A DNA stretch of 63,944 bases, counting the filler, from Reticulomyxa filosa (Eukaryota; Protista; Foraminifera), in assembly GCA_000512085.1 (NCBI GenBank). It is 25 parts of 25 records of this genome, joined end to end, with 100 filler letters (N's around TTAATTAATTAA, not from the genome) between each part and the next. Parts side by side here need not be neighbours in the genome. Positions count along the whole stretch, not along the records: positions 12,218 to 18,214 come from ASPP01025577.1; positions 18,315 to 19,434 come from ASPP01017273.1; positions 19,535 to 22,043 come from ASPP01011803.1; positions 22,144 to 26,167 come from ASPP01019923.1; 21 more parts are not named here. One strand, given 5' to 3'. This document shows positions 13,811-26,267 of this stretch, in pieces. The position numbers and the translations under genes were made by a program. The notes under the pieces were generated by a model. It was not told the DNA's origin, searched no databases, and was given only the letters and a program-made list of their open reading frames with translations. How positions within the stretch are numbered: position 1 is the stretch's first letter; each line of letters starts with the position of its first letter.

Positions 13811-15691
13811 TTAACAAGCTCTTTTACTCATTGTTTGAACTTTTCTTTTTGCTTGTAATGTCTCTCCGTTCCACTCTCCATACAACACATCATAAATTTT
13901 CCATGCCTTTTCATAATATTGAAACGCCATTTTAATATCTCCTTTTTGTTCAAAAGATAATCCCAAATTCCAACATGATCCACCAATATCTTTATTTAAA
14001 TTTTGAAAAATGTTATTCCTAATATTTAAAGATTTTTGATAAAATGAAATAGATACATCATATTGTCCTTTATAATAATAAGCAATGCCTAAATTATGAT
14101 ATATTTGAGCAACAATAGAGAATTGAATTCCAAAAAGAAGTAATAAAATATGTAAAGATTTTTTATAAAAATTGATAGCTTGGTCATATTGTCCTTTATC
14201 ATCATAAGCACTTCCAATTAAATTATAAGAAATGGCAATATAGGGATGACAATAAGGATTATTACTATTATTATTACTAGATCCAAATTTATCAATAGAT
14301 ATTTGTAAATGTTGGTACAAATAAGAAATAGCATCATCAAATAATGTTTTTTCAATACATTCCTCTGCTTTTTCTTCAAAATTTTGAAGTTGTAATGGAA
14401 TATCATAGTGAAATTTTTGATTCCATTCAATAAGCATTATATTTTGTTTTGATTGTAAATCAATCATACAATTTTTTGTAAAAAATAACTGTGATGTAAC
14501 ATTCACATTTTGCTTACATTCAATTTTACAATTTATCGCATATATATTTCCATCGATATTTATATTATCCAATATTATTAATTTCTTTTTTATTTTATAT
14601 ACATAATATTCTCTGTATTCTCTTTTTTCTATTTTTGATGTATTTATTAATGTAATTAAGGAAGAGTATTCATTTTTATAATTTGAAATATTATTTGCAA
14701 CAATAACCAATCCTTCTTCATTTTTTTTAATCATTTCTTCAACCATTTGTGATGCATCTACATTTGCTTTTCTCCATTTTCTATTCCAATGTTTTTTAAA
14801 ATTTAAAATTTTAATCTCATCGTTATTGCTGTTTATTGATATAGTGTTATCTTTATTTTCATCATTATTTATTTTTGGAATTAAATAAATTGGTTCAATT
14901 GAGTTTATTTCTTGATTAAAAACAATATTAATCACTTGTTTGATGACAAAATCAAAACTTTTGTTAATATCCCTTTCAATAGTTTGACATAAAACTTGAG
15001 TAAAATAACTTGGTATTTTTTCATTGTCATGTTCTAAGATATCCACCATTGGTCCCAACGATGTATTTACAGACATCGTAAACATATCTTCATCTTGTTT
15101 ATACCATACCTTCCTTTGGACTTTATCATAGCAAATATTTATCAATATCTTTGGTTTGACTGAACATATATTTTGGATCTCTTTCATTTTATTTTCAGTT
15201 GTAATCAGTGCATCTCCATTTCCATTTCCACACCATACAAAAATCAATCCATCATAATTATCACAATGTTTGGATATTAAATCATTCAAAGTTAATGATT
15301 CTGTCATCTCAAAAGTATTGAACACACGGAAACCAAATTTGGACTGAAAAAGTATTTGTAATGAACAAAGATCTTGCCTTGCATTTTCCAAATATGATTG
15401 TTGTTTAGATTCCATTGACCCTGTTAATAATATCAATGGATTTGTTATTTTCATTTCTTTTTTAAAATAAGCATTGAAGTGGAACTGATTATTTGCAACA
15501 ACTTGTTGAAGTTGATCGTCTGTCTTAATCTCGCAATTACTGTGATCAGTTATTTTAATAAACACATTTCCTGGTTGATTCTTTTTACTCACTTCAATGA
15601 TTTGTTGTTGCAAAGTTTCAAGTGTTAAACAGGCCAACTCAACAAGATAGTCTTTTGAGTCAATGGTGACGGTTACTCTTACAGAGGACAT
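13811..15691 (-). CDS. Intronless 626-aa protein: PB1/ubiquitin-like N-terminus + degenerate caspase-like (peptidase C14) domain + TPR repeats
   Basis: C-terminal 42-aa TPRs (AISYNLIGSAYDDKGQYDQAINFYKKSL; AQIYHNLGIAYYYKGQYDVSISFYQKSL). Residues ~84-270 follow the caspase pattern: D..L..LF...GF.V, DGLIFVWCGNG, KPKILINIC, SYFTQVLC. Confidence 0.85.
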   Translation of the reverse strand: MSSVRVTVTIDSKDYLVELACLTLETLQQQIIEVSKKNQPGNVFIKITDHSNCEIKTDDQLQQVVANNQFHFNAYFKKEMKITNPLILLTGSMESKQQSYLENARQDLCSLQILFQSKFGFRVFNTFEMTESLTLNDLISKHCDNYDGLIFVWCGNGNGDALITTENKMKEIQNICSVKPKILINICYDKVQRKVWYKQDEDMFTMSVNTSLGPMVDILEHDNEKIPSYFTQVLCQTIERDINKSFDFVIKQVINIVFNQEINSIEPIYLIPKINNDENKDNTISINSNNDEIKILNFKKHWNRKWRKANVDASQMVEEMIKKNEEGLVIVANNISNYKNEYSSLITLINTSKIEKREYREYYVYKIKKKLIILDNINIDGNIYAINCKIECKQNVNVTSQLFFTKNCMIDLQSKQNIMLIEWNQKFHYDIPLQLQNFEEKAEECIEKTLFDDAISYLYQHLQISIDKFGSSNNNSNNPYCHPYIAISYNLIGSAYDDKGQYDQAINFYKKSLHILLLLFGIQFSIVAQIYHNLGIAYYYKGQYDVSISFYQKSLNIRNNIFQNLNKDIGGSCWNLGLSFEQKGDIKMAFQYYEKAWKIYDVLYGEWNGETLQAKRKVQTMSKRAC

Positions 15692-16181
15692 TGAGACTTG
15701 GATTCAAAGTATTTTACTTCAGGTAAGAGTCACAAGCTATAAAAAGAAAGATAATTGAATTTTTTTTGTAAAACAGGGACAAAAAAATAAGTGTGCGTTT
15801 TTTCGCTTCGACCTTTCCGTTTTTTTCTGTGGCATTTATTTCCCCTTTTCACCTTTTTAAAAAAATTTTCATGAAAGATAAATGAACACATAATGGTTTA
15901 TCACGTTTTTCATTATTGAGTTGCTTAATTGTTCTAAAAAAAAATCGAAGAATGTAATCAAATATCCTTAACATGGAACGAAGTCTTTATTTTAAATGTC
16001 ATGAGACAGAAGAGTCGAGAGTGCGAGTCGTTTACGTTTCATTTTTTAAACAAAAGAAATTGAAAAAAACAACTTTCAAAACAAAAAAGTTTCCAACCAT
16101 ACAACAAACAAAGTCACTACTGCACAAACTAAAGTCCATGCAATTGCGAAAACCCAAGTTGTATGTTTGCACACAACCTTT

Positions 16182-18214
16182 TGTTCAATGCAGAGGTTGT
16201 TGAATATTTCTGTTCCACTAACGCCAGCGTTTCTTCAGAGAGGGTTGCGTTTCTAGTTTTGCTGGCCCTCCATTTCTGTTTCAGTCTCTGCAGAAGTTCC
16301 ATATTCGAGTTAATATTTCATATCTATGTTTTCAAAGTCTCCTTGCTTCCAATGGGTAGTCTGCTTCATTTGCAGTGCATCTAATGATCTGAGTGCAATC
16401 TTTTTCCACAGGAACAAGTTGTTCTCCATTTTGATTTACTCACCAGACAAGCAGTAGGATTTGCTTTACCATTTTTGTAAATGCCTTTGTTCTTCTTCAG
16501 TCATCTCCACTGATCATTCCGGTTCTTGTAACTAGAGAGAAAACAACACATTAATTCAAATTACTTAGAAAGAAAGATAAACAAAAAACAAATGATTTTT
16601 AGCTTAATGACTTTGAGCAAATTTTGTATTGACCAATTGAATTGTGACATATCACAAGTTTCATATCTTCCATCAAACCAGCATGGACTGCATACCAACT
16701 TGCATCACTGAAGTGTGTCCATGCACATCTGGCGTGTGACATCGGAGGCACATAGAATATCATATCATACATGGAAAAAAGTGACGAACACCAATACCCA
16801 ACCAATATCCAATCAGTCAGATATTTTCATATAATTAATTTTGGGAGTGAAAGTTGTGTTTGACTGGCAAACACATAACACTCCATTGCTACTTGTGTTC
16901 ATTGTTTCCACGTATAACATCTATATGCACATTCAAGGAATTTATTCTGTTGATCCTCTTCATCCACATTGCCTCTGTCCACGGTAGATTCATACTTTTT
17001 TTGCACTACTACGTCGTCGTTTCTATTTCACACGATTCATTGCTGCTTGTCGTACTGTTTGAAATAGTCCGACTTTATGTTTGCTTCCACTTTCCTTAAT
17101 TCTTATCTCTCTATCCAAAGTTAAAAGAAATAACTCCACAACGAAAGGGTCCATTTCACATTGCATTGGCTGACAATATGTTACAAAGGACGTATAAATC
17201 CACATCGAGAGTGAAATACGACTACTTTCGTCCATTACATGGAACTTCTATCCTTTGCCACAATGGATATTTTCTGCGGAATAACGACCACTTCACTATC
17301 TCCACAATTCTCTGCATCACATTTACATTCACTACAATCACAAAAAGGTTTTCTCGTTCCTTTCTTTAATTGTATGGATCGATTTGTGGATTTACCACAA
17401 AGCTAATCCATTTTTGGAATGTAATTGCGACATTTTGTCAGAGCTGGTCAATCACATGGTTGCAAATGTCGATGGATACTGATTTGTCACCTCCTTCATT
17501 CTCGATTGTTGTGATGGCTCGTACATGGGTACCTCTGGCAATGGCTTCGCTCAAATTGATTGCCTCTAAATTCGTGTTACCACATGGAAAAAGGCCATGA
17601 TCACATCGACGACCATAAATGTAACCAAGTGTCTGCGAAAAGCACTCAATACCACATGTAATCGAGAATAAGGTATTCAATGCTTGCACAACAATCAAAG
17701 ACAAAATATTCAATGAAATACTTATTACATATGCTGACACGCTGTCTTGAACCGCTTGTTCATAGTCGCGCTCATCTGGATGCCAATGTTTCAATTGGAT
17801 ACAATCTTTTGGAATTATACAGCCGCAGGAGAAGAGCCAAATAATGACACATTATTTACTTTTCCGTATATGTCAATAATAACAGCGACCACCTCCATTG
17901 CGCTGATAGACAAAATAGTCAATATTCAATGTTGTGGGTTTGTTGTATAGTTCACCACTGGACCGAATGACTTGGTTGTGAGCATTGCACGGTGCTACAT
18001 GAAAATGGCAGCATTGACCCATTGTCGTCCTGCCATATTTGCACCAGATGAGGTTGTGCAAGCGTCTCCATTCGAAAGCGATATTGGACCATGTGGAATT
18101 TGACTTTGTGTCTTTGTCTGGAGGATTATTTGTTTCAAATGAGATTAATTGCCTTTCAGATATGACAACGACTATCCACACGTATCTTGGTACGACGTCT
18201 TGAAGGCGGTGTTT
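16182..18214 (-). pseudogene. Decayed coding-like island of unknown origin (possible retroelement relic)
   Basis: GC-richer than its flanks, no homopolymer introns, and many short ORFs broken by stops and frameshifts. Weak RT/RNaseH-like words: FMVVDVIMAFFHV and HFSDASWYAVHAG. Confidence 0.3.
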
Positions 18215-18370
18215 NNNNNNNNNNNNNNNNNNNNNNNNNNNNNNNNNNNNNNNNNNNNTTAATTAATTAANNNNNNNNNNNNNNNNNNNNNNNNNNNNNN
18301 NNNNNNNNNNNNNNGATATGAGGACAATTCTATAGCAAAACTCAACAAAGCCAATCGATTGTTTATTTTT

Positions 18371-18814
18371 TTAAAAAACAAATTCAAAGCGATATCGTTC
18401 GGAATTCTCTTCATTATCATCATCTCCATCTTCTTGCTTCATCGTGCTTGATACGATTTTCGCACAATCTTCCACCGGTTGCCCTTTCACGTGGAACGAT
18501 TCTCGTTTGCTTGACTTCCACTTAAGTTGTTTTTTTGACGACATCTTCTCTCTTTTCTTCATTGACTTCCATTTCTTCGCAATTCCAGTCGCTGCCACTG
18601 TTGACGCCGCAATGTTGATATTGGTTTCACTTTGCGCTATCTCACCACATTCTTTTCTTCTTGACGAGCTTCCTTTCGTATTTAGCGGCCCAATGTCCAG
18701 ATTGTCTGATATTGATCTGAGAGATTTTGCAAGACTGTTTCCGTGCCAACATATAATCGACGTCTTCCAACTGTGAACTTCATGCAATTCCGTCGCCATT
18801 GTGATGATGGACAC
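18371..18814 (-). CDS. Hypothetical protein or pseudogene fragment
   Basis: 147-codon ORF with plausible charged composition. No domain recognised. Confidence 0.3.
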   Translation of the reverse strand: MSIITMATELHEVHSWKTSIICWHGNSLAKSLRSISDNLDIGPLNTKGSSSRRKECGEIAQSETNINIAASTVAATGIAKKWKSMKKREKMSSKKQLKWKSSKRESFHVKGQPVEDCAKIVSSTMKQEDGDDDNEENSERYRFEFVF

Positions 18815-18842
18815 GACTTAAAAACCTAAAATTGCGAATACG

Positions 18843-19434
18843 CGCAAGCATACCGTTAATTAGGTATTAGCGATCAGTCACTATCATCAATTGCTCCATG
18901 CCCACGTTTTTTTTTTATCTTTTTTTTTTCTTTTTCCTAATATTTTTTTCTTTTTTCCTACTTTGTTATCTTTTTTTAATTTTATTTTTATTTTCCATTT
19001 TTCAACATTTTGATTTCTTTTTTATTTTTCTTTTTCATTTTTATTTTTTTTCAATTTTTCTTAAATAAATTTATTTCTATTTTCTTTTCCCCCCATTTCT
19101 AATTTCTTCCCCCTTTTCTAATTTATTTGCCCCCCTTTTTCCAATTTATTTGTACCCCTTTTCCCATTTATTTTCAAACATTTTCCCAATAATTTTACAT
19201 AATTTTTACATTCATTTTTTTCACCATATTTTGTCACCCCATTTTTTTTACATTCAATTTTTTCCACTTTTCTTTTCCCAATTTTTCAATCATTTTTTCC
19301 CTTTTCCACCCTAATTTTCAAACTAATCTCAAATAAAAATAAAAATACAAACAATAAACTTCAAATCTTTTTTTTTGATATTGAGCCATATTAAACACAC
19401 ATTTACGAATTGAATAATTTTTAATTTAAAAAAA
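18843..19434 (+). repeat. Dispersed repeat copy (terminal motif + T/C-rich low-complexity arm)
   Basis: Shares a terminal motif (inverted relative to 29560-29600) and an internal CTCAAATA...AATCTT...TATTGA...CACAT block with 28677-29600. Confidence 0.5.
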
Positions 19435-20870
19435 NNNNNNNNNNNNNNNNNNNNNNNNNNNNNNNNNNNNNNNNNNNNTTAATTAATTAANNNNNNNNNN
19501 NNNNNNNNNNNNNNNNNNNNNNNNNNNNNNNNNNTTATTGTTGATATTTTTAATTGACATTTCAAAATTTTGATATTTAAATTGGTGAAAAATTTGAGTG
19601 CTTTTAAAAAAGGAGTTGATGTTGGTATCAAACGATTGACTCAAGCATAAAAGTTTCAAATATTTGAATTAATATTCTACAGTATATGCTATTGCATTGA
19701 TCACTGATTTCTTTATTGTGTAACTCAATTTCAATTTCATCTGGTTTCTATATAAACCTTATTAATTACAAGCATTGTAAGTATGTGTTTGACTCTTAGC
19801 TTATCTTGTTTTATATCTTAAATAAAAACAATCAGACATCTCGTACATTGCTTTCCAAGCCAATAACTACTTCTAAATTGTGGAAAATTGTCGATATTTC
19901 AATCGAAAATATATCGAAATCGATTTTGTAATTCTAATGATATATATTCACGTTTTGACCTGAATTGTCCAAATCACAATATATATCAAAATCATTGTCT
20001 GTCTAACTTGTTTCCTTTCGCTTAATATTAGCAAAGTTTAAGATTTACTTTGTTCATATTGTGACTAAGCTTGCAATCAGCATTTTGATCATATTGGTCT
20101 ATTGCAACTTATAAATTTTTTCCAATTATATTGTTAGCTTATCGACCTTTTCTGTAACATTGACAATTGCTATATTCTGATTTTTGTCGAATGTATTGTT
20201 TTTGTATACTTAATTGACCTAATCTATTTGTGATATATCTTGTTTTTGCTTTTAATTTATTTTTTTAAATTTTTGTTTAAGTTCATTTCGTTCTTTTACA
20301 CTTTAAGTGAATAATCTTTATTGTTCACTTAATTTCAACTTTTTGCAACTTCACCGTGTTCTTTATAACTTTTCAATAAAAAACAAAAACAATACGAACT
20401 AAGACGAAAACAATGAAAGAAAAATTAATTTAAGAAAAGTTTTGAGAAAAAGTTCAATGTTTCTACAAAACAACCGAATATAAAAATTTTGTTCAGACTT
20501 ACGCAAACAAAAGTTTATTTATCAATAATTACTAATATTGCACAACTGAATAATTTCTTTGTATGTTCAGTAGTTAATACAATTTGTAAATGTATAAACC
20601 AATCGTATTGTGTTCGGCCTGAAAACTTAGGCTACGTTGCTGTATAGCTAGTGGTTAGGGTTGTGGGAAAGGTTTTGAATAGTTGAACTTTATCAAGTAT
20701 ATTGTAATTTTCTCGTCATTTTTTTCGTACAGTTAATTAAAGAATCAGAAATTATTTTGTAAATGCAATAGAGGTGTTTACTAACAAAGCAAGAGATTGT
20801 GTTATGATTCTCCAAAAGCAACCAAGAGATCAGAAAAGAGAGGAATAAAATTGGCACAAAGGCCATCAAA

Positions 20871-22006
20871 TTATTCAAATTGCGGATCACCATAGCCGGA
20901 ATACTCTTCCGATTTGGGTCGAATTCCAATCATGAACATTTTTCTCAAAAAGCGTTTTCGATAGAATTTGGGATCGACAGCTGAAATGCCATTTTTATCT
21001 TTGCATCTACAATAGGCCTTGAACAAGCTTTCCACCTTTTTTTCGGTATTCCATTTCTGCAACATGTCGATAATGCCAACAAAGTAAATGCCTGGACCTT
21101 CAATGACTCGAGCACGTACAGCACCCTTTTGTTCCGCGACCTCCTTCATGCTCGCGTACGTAGGTGCGCGAGGACGTACAAAGCGTTTGATGCCAACATC
21201 TTCGGGCATGTTGCGATTGGTTCTGAGAAGATCAGGGAAGAATAGTTCTTGATCTGCGTTTGCATCGGAATCATTGTTATTTTCCAACAAATGTTCCTTC
21301 CTTTCTTCGGTTACATCATTGGCGACGAGAGGTTTGGGATCTCGTTGATGCCTTTTTTGGGTATCAATCTTTTTGGGATCGACACCAACATAATAAATGC
21401 CCAAGAGCAGTGAGTAATCCATGACTTGTTGCTCCATCAAAAATTGGGTATCATGCACCAATCGTTGGAACATTTCACTGCTCTGTCCCGGATCCAAAAG
21501 CAAAGCTTTTTTCAAATCTTCATCTTTCATTAGCTTGCCCAACTCCACATGATGATTTGTGTGTCGGTCAATCCAAGACCCTTTCAAATCGTACTTTTCA
21601 TGAGGTTCGAGATTGGGAACAAATACATTAGCCAACACGACAAAGTAAATTTCTAAATTATACATCTTCAACGAATGAAATCCTAAAAACTTGTTCAAAT
21701 AGCTATGCGGGTGATTTTTCATGTGCTGAACAAGTGGCTTCAGCAGATTCAACAACAACTGTCCCTCCTGCTTCGTCACCGTTTTGATCATATATTTTGC
21801 ATCCAACGTATAAAAAAATAGCGCCCCACTGCGACCCTCACTAAATTTGGCGACCACGTCCATCAAATTCTTTTCTTCCGCCCCTTGCTGGATCGACTGC
21901 AGGTAATCTCGATCGCTAATTTTGTACACGGACGTGCGCAAGTATCGAAATGCGTGGGGACAATAGTCCGTGAACGGAGCCTTCAATGCATCCGTTTCAT
22001 CCAAGT
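20871..22006 (-). CDS. Phosphatidylinositol-4-phosphate 5-kinase (PIPK catalytic domain), 3' exon
   Basis: Motifs FTDYCPHAFRYLR, SEGRSGALFFYTLDAKYMIKTV, YDLKGS, MDYSLLLGI and GIIDMLQKW. Confidence 0.96.
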
Positions 22007-22143
22007 CTGTTTGTTGCGTCGTCGTTGTCGTTGTCGTTGTCGTNNNNNNNNNNNNNNNNNNNNNNNNNNNNNNNNNNNNNNNNNNNNTTAATTAATTAAN
22101 NNNNNNNNNNNNNNNNNNNNNNNNNNNNNNNNNNNNNNNNNNN

Positions 22144-22500
22144 AATTGCATCACCGAATAATGTCATTAGCGCCTTTATTTCTTTGGTATTCTTATTTGG
22201 TTCTGTGTTATGCTGCATTCCTCCCAAGAGATCTCCACTCTCCTTATATACAAACCTCTCCTGTTTTGCGTCATCGTGTGTGCAAATACACACACAAATT
22301 TCCTCTTTGGTCTTATGTCAAACATAAACAACATTTATGTTTTTCAAAATGATGACAGAGAAAAATTGGGAGGTAAAGAGTGGGGGAAAAACAAACAAAC
22401 AAAAAATAATGTTAATATGGTTACCTGAATAAATTGAACTGATATTTCTTTCTGTATTCCAACGATATGTACGTCGAATGTGCTAAAATACGTTCGTTTC
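22144..22500 (-). CDS. 5' exons of a lineage-specific expanded-family gene, partial
   Basis: Exon ending ...ISVQFIQ|GTAACC and exon QERFVYKESGDLLGG...KEIKALMTLFGDAI running into the linker. Confidence 0.35.
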
Positions 22501-23329
22501 AAAATAATTGATTTTTCAATCACTATAGTTTTTATTTTGTTTTTTTTTTTAACCACAAAAGAAAAAACGGAGAAACAATTTTTCACACCTGCTTTCATTA
22601 CTGATACTAAGTAGGTTTTTGTAGAAGATTATCTTGCAAGCAAGGTTCAATACGATTCAATCTTGTATGTCCTAAAAAAAAATGCTTTAAGGGACACAAG
22701 TTTTTCATTGGAGGATACTATCCGTGTTTGAGGCAGTGTCATTTTTTCAATAGCAAAAAATTTATTAACAGCTTGGATTCTTTTTACGTAAATTAAATGA
22801 AGTAAATGTTTTTCATCGATCAATAAAAAAATAGCTCAAACATTTTTTTTTTCTCATTGAACATTCGTTTGCAAATTTTTAACTCATTTTGATATCTTCC
22901 AGATGTTGCATTAAAGATTTATTTATAGTCAGAAATGATATTATAGATGGCCATTCTTTTTCACTTCGTTGAAGCCTTGACAATTCATTATTTCTGGTCT
23001 TTTAAATAGACTGTTTTAAGTTTGTGCATATCATGTCAATACAATGATGAATTTAATTTTTGTCTTAGTATATAACCATTAATACTATTTTTATTTCCAA
23101 TATACAGTAGATTGCAAACAAAACTGCAATACCTAAATGCATTATATTAAGAGAATCGATTTTCTTCATGAAAAATAAAAATTTAAACTTAATTTTTTTT
23201 CATCTGAAAAAATGACTTTTTTCCAATTATCTACAGTCTAGTGTTTATATAAATTTGCAATTAGAAAAAAAATTGAAATAAAGCCAATTGCAAGTCAATA
23301 TTTCTCTTACTGGTCCTTGAAAATAGAAC

Positions 23330-24330
23330 ATGATAAAGAAGAAAAAGCAATGTTTCAGTTTTTGATTGAAAATAATATGAAGAATATGACAGATATTTTA
23401 GACAAGTTTTTAAAGGAGTATGTACTTTGCAAGACTTAATGATGTATAGAGAAAAAGAAATTCACTTTTGTTTCTATTATTTTTTTTTGTTTGTTTTTAA
23501 AAGAAATGAACTAAAAAACAAAGATAGGTGTGCAAACGCTTAAACGTTGATGTATTGAGTAAAGTTGATTTTGTAAGGTATTATGTAATACACAAGGAAG
23601 CCGTGTTATTATTATGTCAAAAACGAAAGGCCAATCATTTCAACTGTTATACTAAGTAACGATGTATAATGACAATTGCAGTAAATTTTCGTAGAAAAAA
23701 ATTTTATATAAAATAGACTAATTTATTCAGCAGAAATTTAAAGAAATATATGAAATGATTGGTCAGTTGAAACAAAAAGAATCACAAATGAAACAATGTA
23801 ATACAACACTCAATCAAGTAATGGCAAATATCAATTTTGACACAGAAGAACGAAAAAAAGAAATAGTCAATTTGATTCAAGAAACATCTCCCTTTTTAAA
23901 CGCAGTAGATTCAATTGATATAATTCAATCTGATTTACTGTTGATATGAACTTTGATTTAATTTTTCAAATTAGTGTTTTGTTTTGTTTTTTTGACAAAA
24001 AATAATTATATGGTGTTTTTAAATAGTCGTTCCTTGAAATCTTAAATTTGTATATGCTTTGTCTATTGCACAAGAAATTCAACACGTTATAGAACATCAC
24101 AAAAATGATCCAAGTGAAAATAAAGATATGAAAGATCAGAAATTTAGAAGTCCAGTTCATTCTCAAGTACAATATGCAAACCAAAAAAAAAGTAAAAGGC
24201 TCATTTAAATAAAAAAAAAGCAAAAAAATTATAAAAAAAGTAAAGCAAAGTATCGACGAAGCTTTCAAATTTGATGAATTTGACGTCATGCTTTCTGGAA
24301 AAGGTAATTTGAGCAGACACAATAAAATAC
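23330..24330 (+). pseudogene. Degenerate SAM-like + coiled-coil gene
   Basis: Fragments MTDILDKFLKE.V/TLQDLMMYREKEI..CKRLNVDVLSKVDF (SAM-like) and a coiled-coil ORF at 23755-23949, interrupted by frameshifts and stops. Confidence 0.35.
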
Positions 24331-25568
24331 ATACAAGTTAATTTTTGTGTATTTGTGTTATATAAATTTTTGCTTATTTGGAATGTGGTCAGCAATATGA
24401 TAGAAACCTTACATTTGTAATTTCTGCAACAGATATTACACAAAGAAGTAATCTGGATAGACATCTTAAAGTTAATATTTTTCTTTTCTATGAAATATTT
24501 TTAACAAATCAAATTTGATAAACTTTATATTGCTGTTCTGCAAAGTTGAAGAAATTTATTATTAGTTACTGTTAATTGTCTTGTAAGTTTTTTTAATTAA
24601 AAGTTTTAATATAAACTATAAAATGAATTTATGCTTTTTACCTCTATCACCGTATAATAAAAAGAAGTCAATAAAAAAAATAGATTTCGTTTCAAAAAAA
24701 TTATATCTTTGACATAACAATTATACAGATCCTTAAAAATACTTTGCTAAATAATAAAACTCAGGATCCAGGTAAACTTATTATATTATTTATCGAATCC
24801 TAAAATCAATTATATATGATTTAATATATGCTTTATAAATTAAAAATAAATTATAGAAGTTTAAAGTTTGTGTTTCAAAATTAGATTTAATGTTTGATTG
24901 TTGACAAGATTTAAAGAAATTTTGACACAAAGAGATTTTCTTACTTTTGTATTACACTTTGTAAAAAATATAACAAACAAATTTTGCTTATACAACACTA
25001 ATAACAATTTTGATACAAACTTTTTTCAAAATAACAATGTAAACTTAAATCTTTGAAACGTAATTTTTTTGCACAAAGAAAAAATTTGTTGATTTAATGA
25101 TATTGCAATTTAATTTTTATTTTTATTTTATTTTAAATTTTGGAGATAAGAATATCAAGTTCTTTTATTAAAATTTCCACAAATGAGGAGCCCGTATTTG
25201 TGCAGCACACATTGAGATTGCCAAAGTGGAGTGGACAAATCCTTCAAGTCTTGGGTTGATGTAATAGTTTGAATTTGCTCAGAAGATTTTGTATTGTGTT
25301 TTGATTACCCGTCATTGTCGAAAAACTATTAAAACAAAAATATGTTTAAAGTTAGTTAATTTCTTAGTTGAACTATTTCCTCAATATTTTTGCAATTTTG
25401 AGAAAGGATATCATTAATGATTTGATCGGATATCTTTTTGAAACTTTGGGCGTTTTTTTCGTGTTGTCACATATTTTTGATGTTCCCTTCATTGAGCTTA
25501 AAAAAAAAAGTTCAAACATTTCTCATTATATGTCGTCGAATGCTACCTTGAATGAAAAAAACAAGACA

Positions 25569-26167
25569 ATGACCACTCTTAGCAATGAAAAACAAACTTC
25601 AGCTCAACTGCCACTAGTCAGCTTTTTAGAAACTTGATTGCTTATGTTTTTTTTGTATTTATTTAATTTATTGTATATACTTTATGATTGAATCAGGCAA
25701 AAGAACAAGAAATCCAAATCATTATTCAGCATTGGATTCGAATATTAAATATCAAATTAGGATGGATTAATAATTTTGACAAACTTGTTGTCGATTACGT
25801 TATGTTGTTTTTTTTTTATTAAAATAAATAGTGCAAATAATATTTATCTATAATCACAATTAACACAGGCAATTAATTTTTTCATATTTGACACCTTCCA
25901 TTCGTCATCCAAATTACTCAAAACATTTACTGGACACACTAATTATTTATGGAGTATTGATTATTCAGTATTTGATGATAAACAATTCATTTGTTCTGGA
26001 TCAGAAGATAATACAGTCTGTGTATGGGATATAGGAAATATCAAAAAAATCCAATCATTCAATAGACATTCAAACCCTGTATATTGTGTAAAATTTTCAC
26101 CATATCATTATCATAACAATCACCAAAATGTCATTTGTTCTTCATCAAGTGACGAAACCATTCGTTT
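25569..26167 (+). CDS. WD40-repeat protein of the expanded lineage-specific family, 5' part
   Basis: Exons 25569-25616, 25697-25798 and 25869-26167+: MTTLSNEKQTSAQLPL / AKEQEIQIIIQHWIRILNIKLGWINNFDKLVVDY / ...SSSKLLKTFTGHTNYLWSIDY...CSGSEDNTVCVWD. Same exon structure as the paralog at 62434. Confidence 0.92.
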
Positions 26168-26267
26168 NNNNNNNNNNNNNNNNNNNNNNNNNNNNNNNNN
26201 NNNNNNNNNNNTTAATTAATTAANNNNNNNNNNNNNNNNNNNNNNNNNNNNNNNNNNNNNNNNNNNN

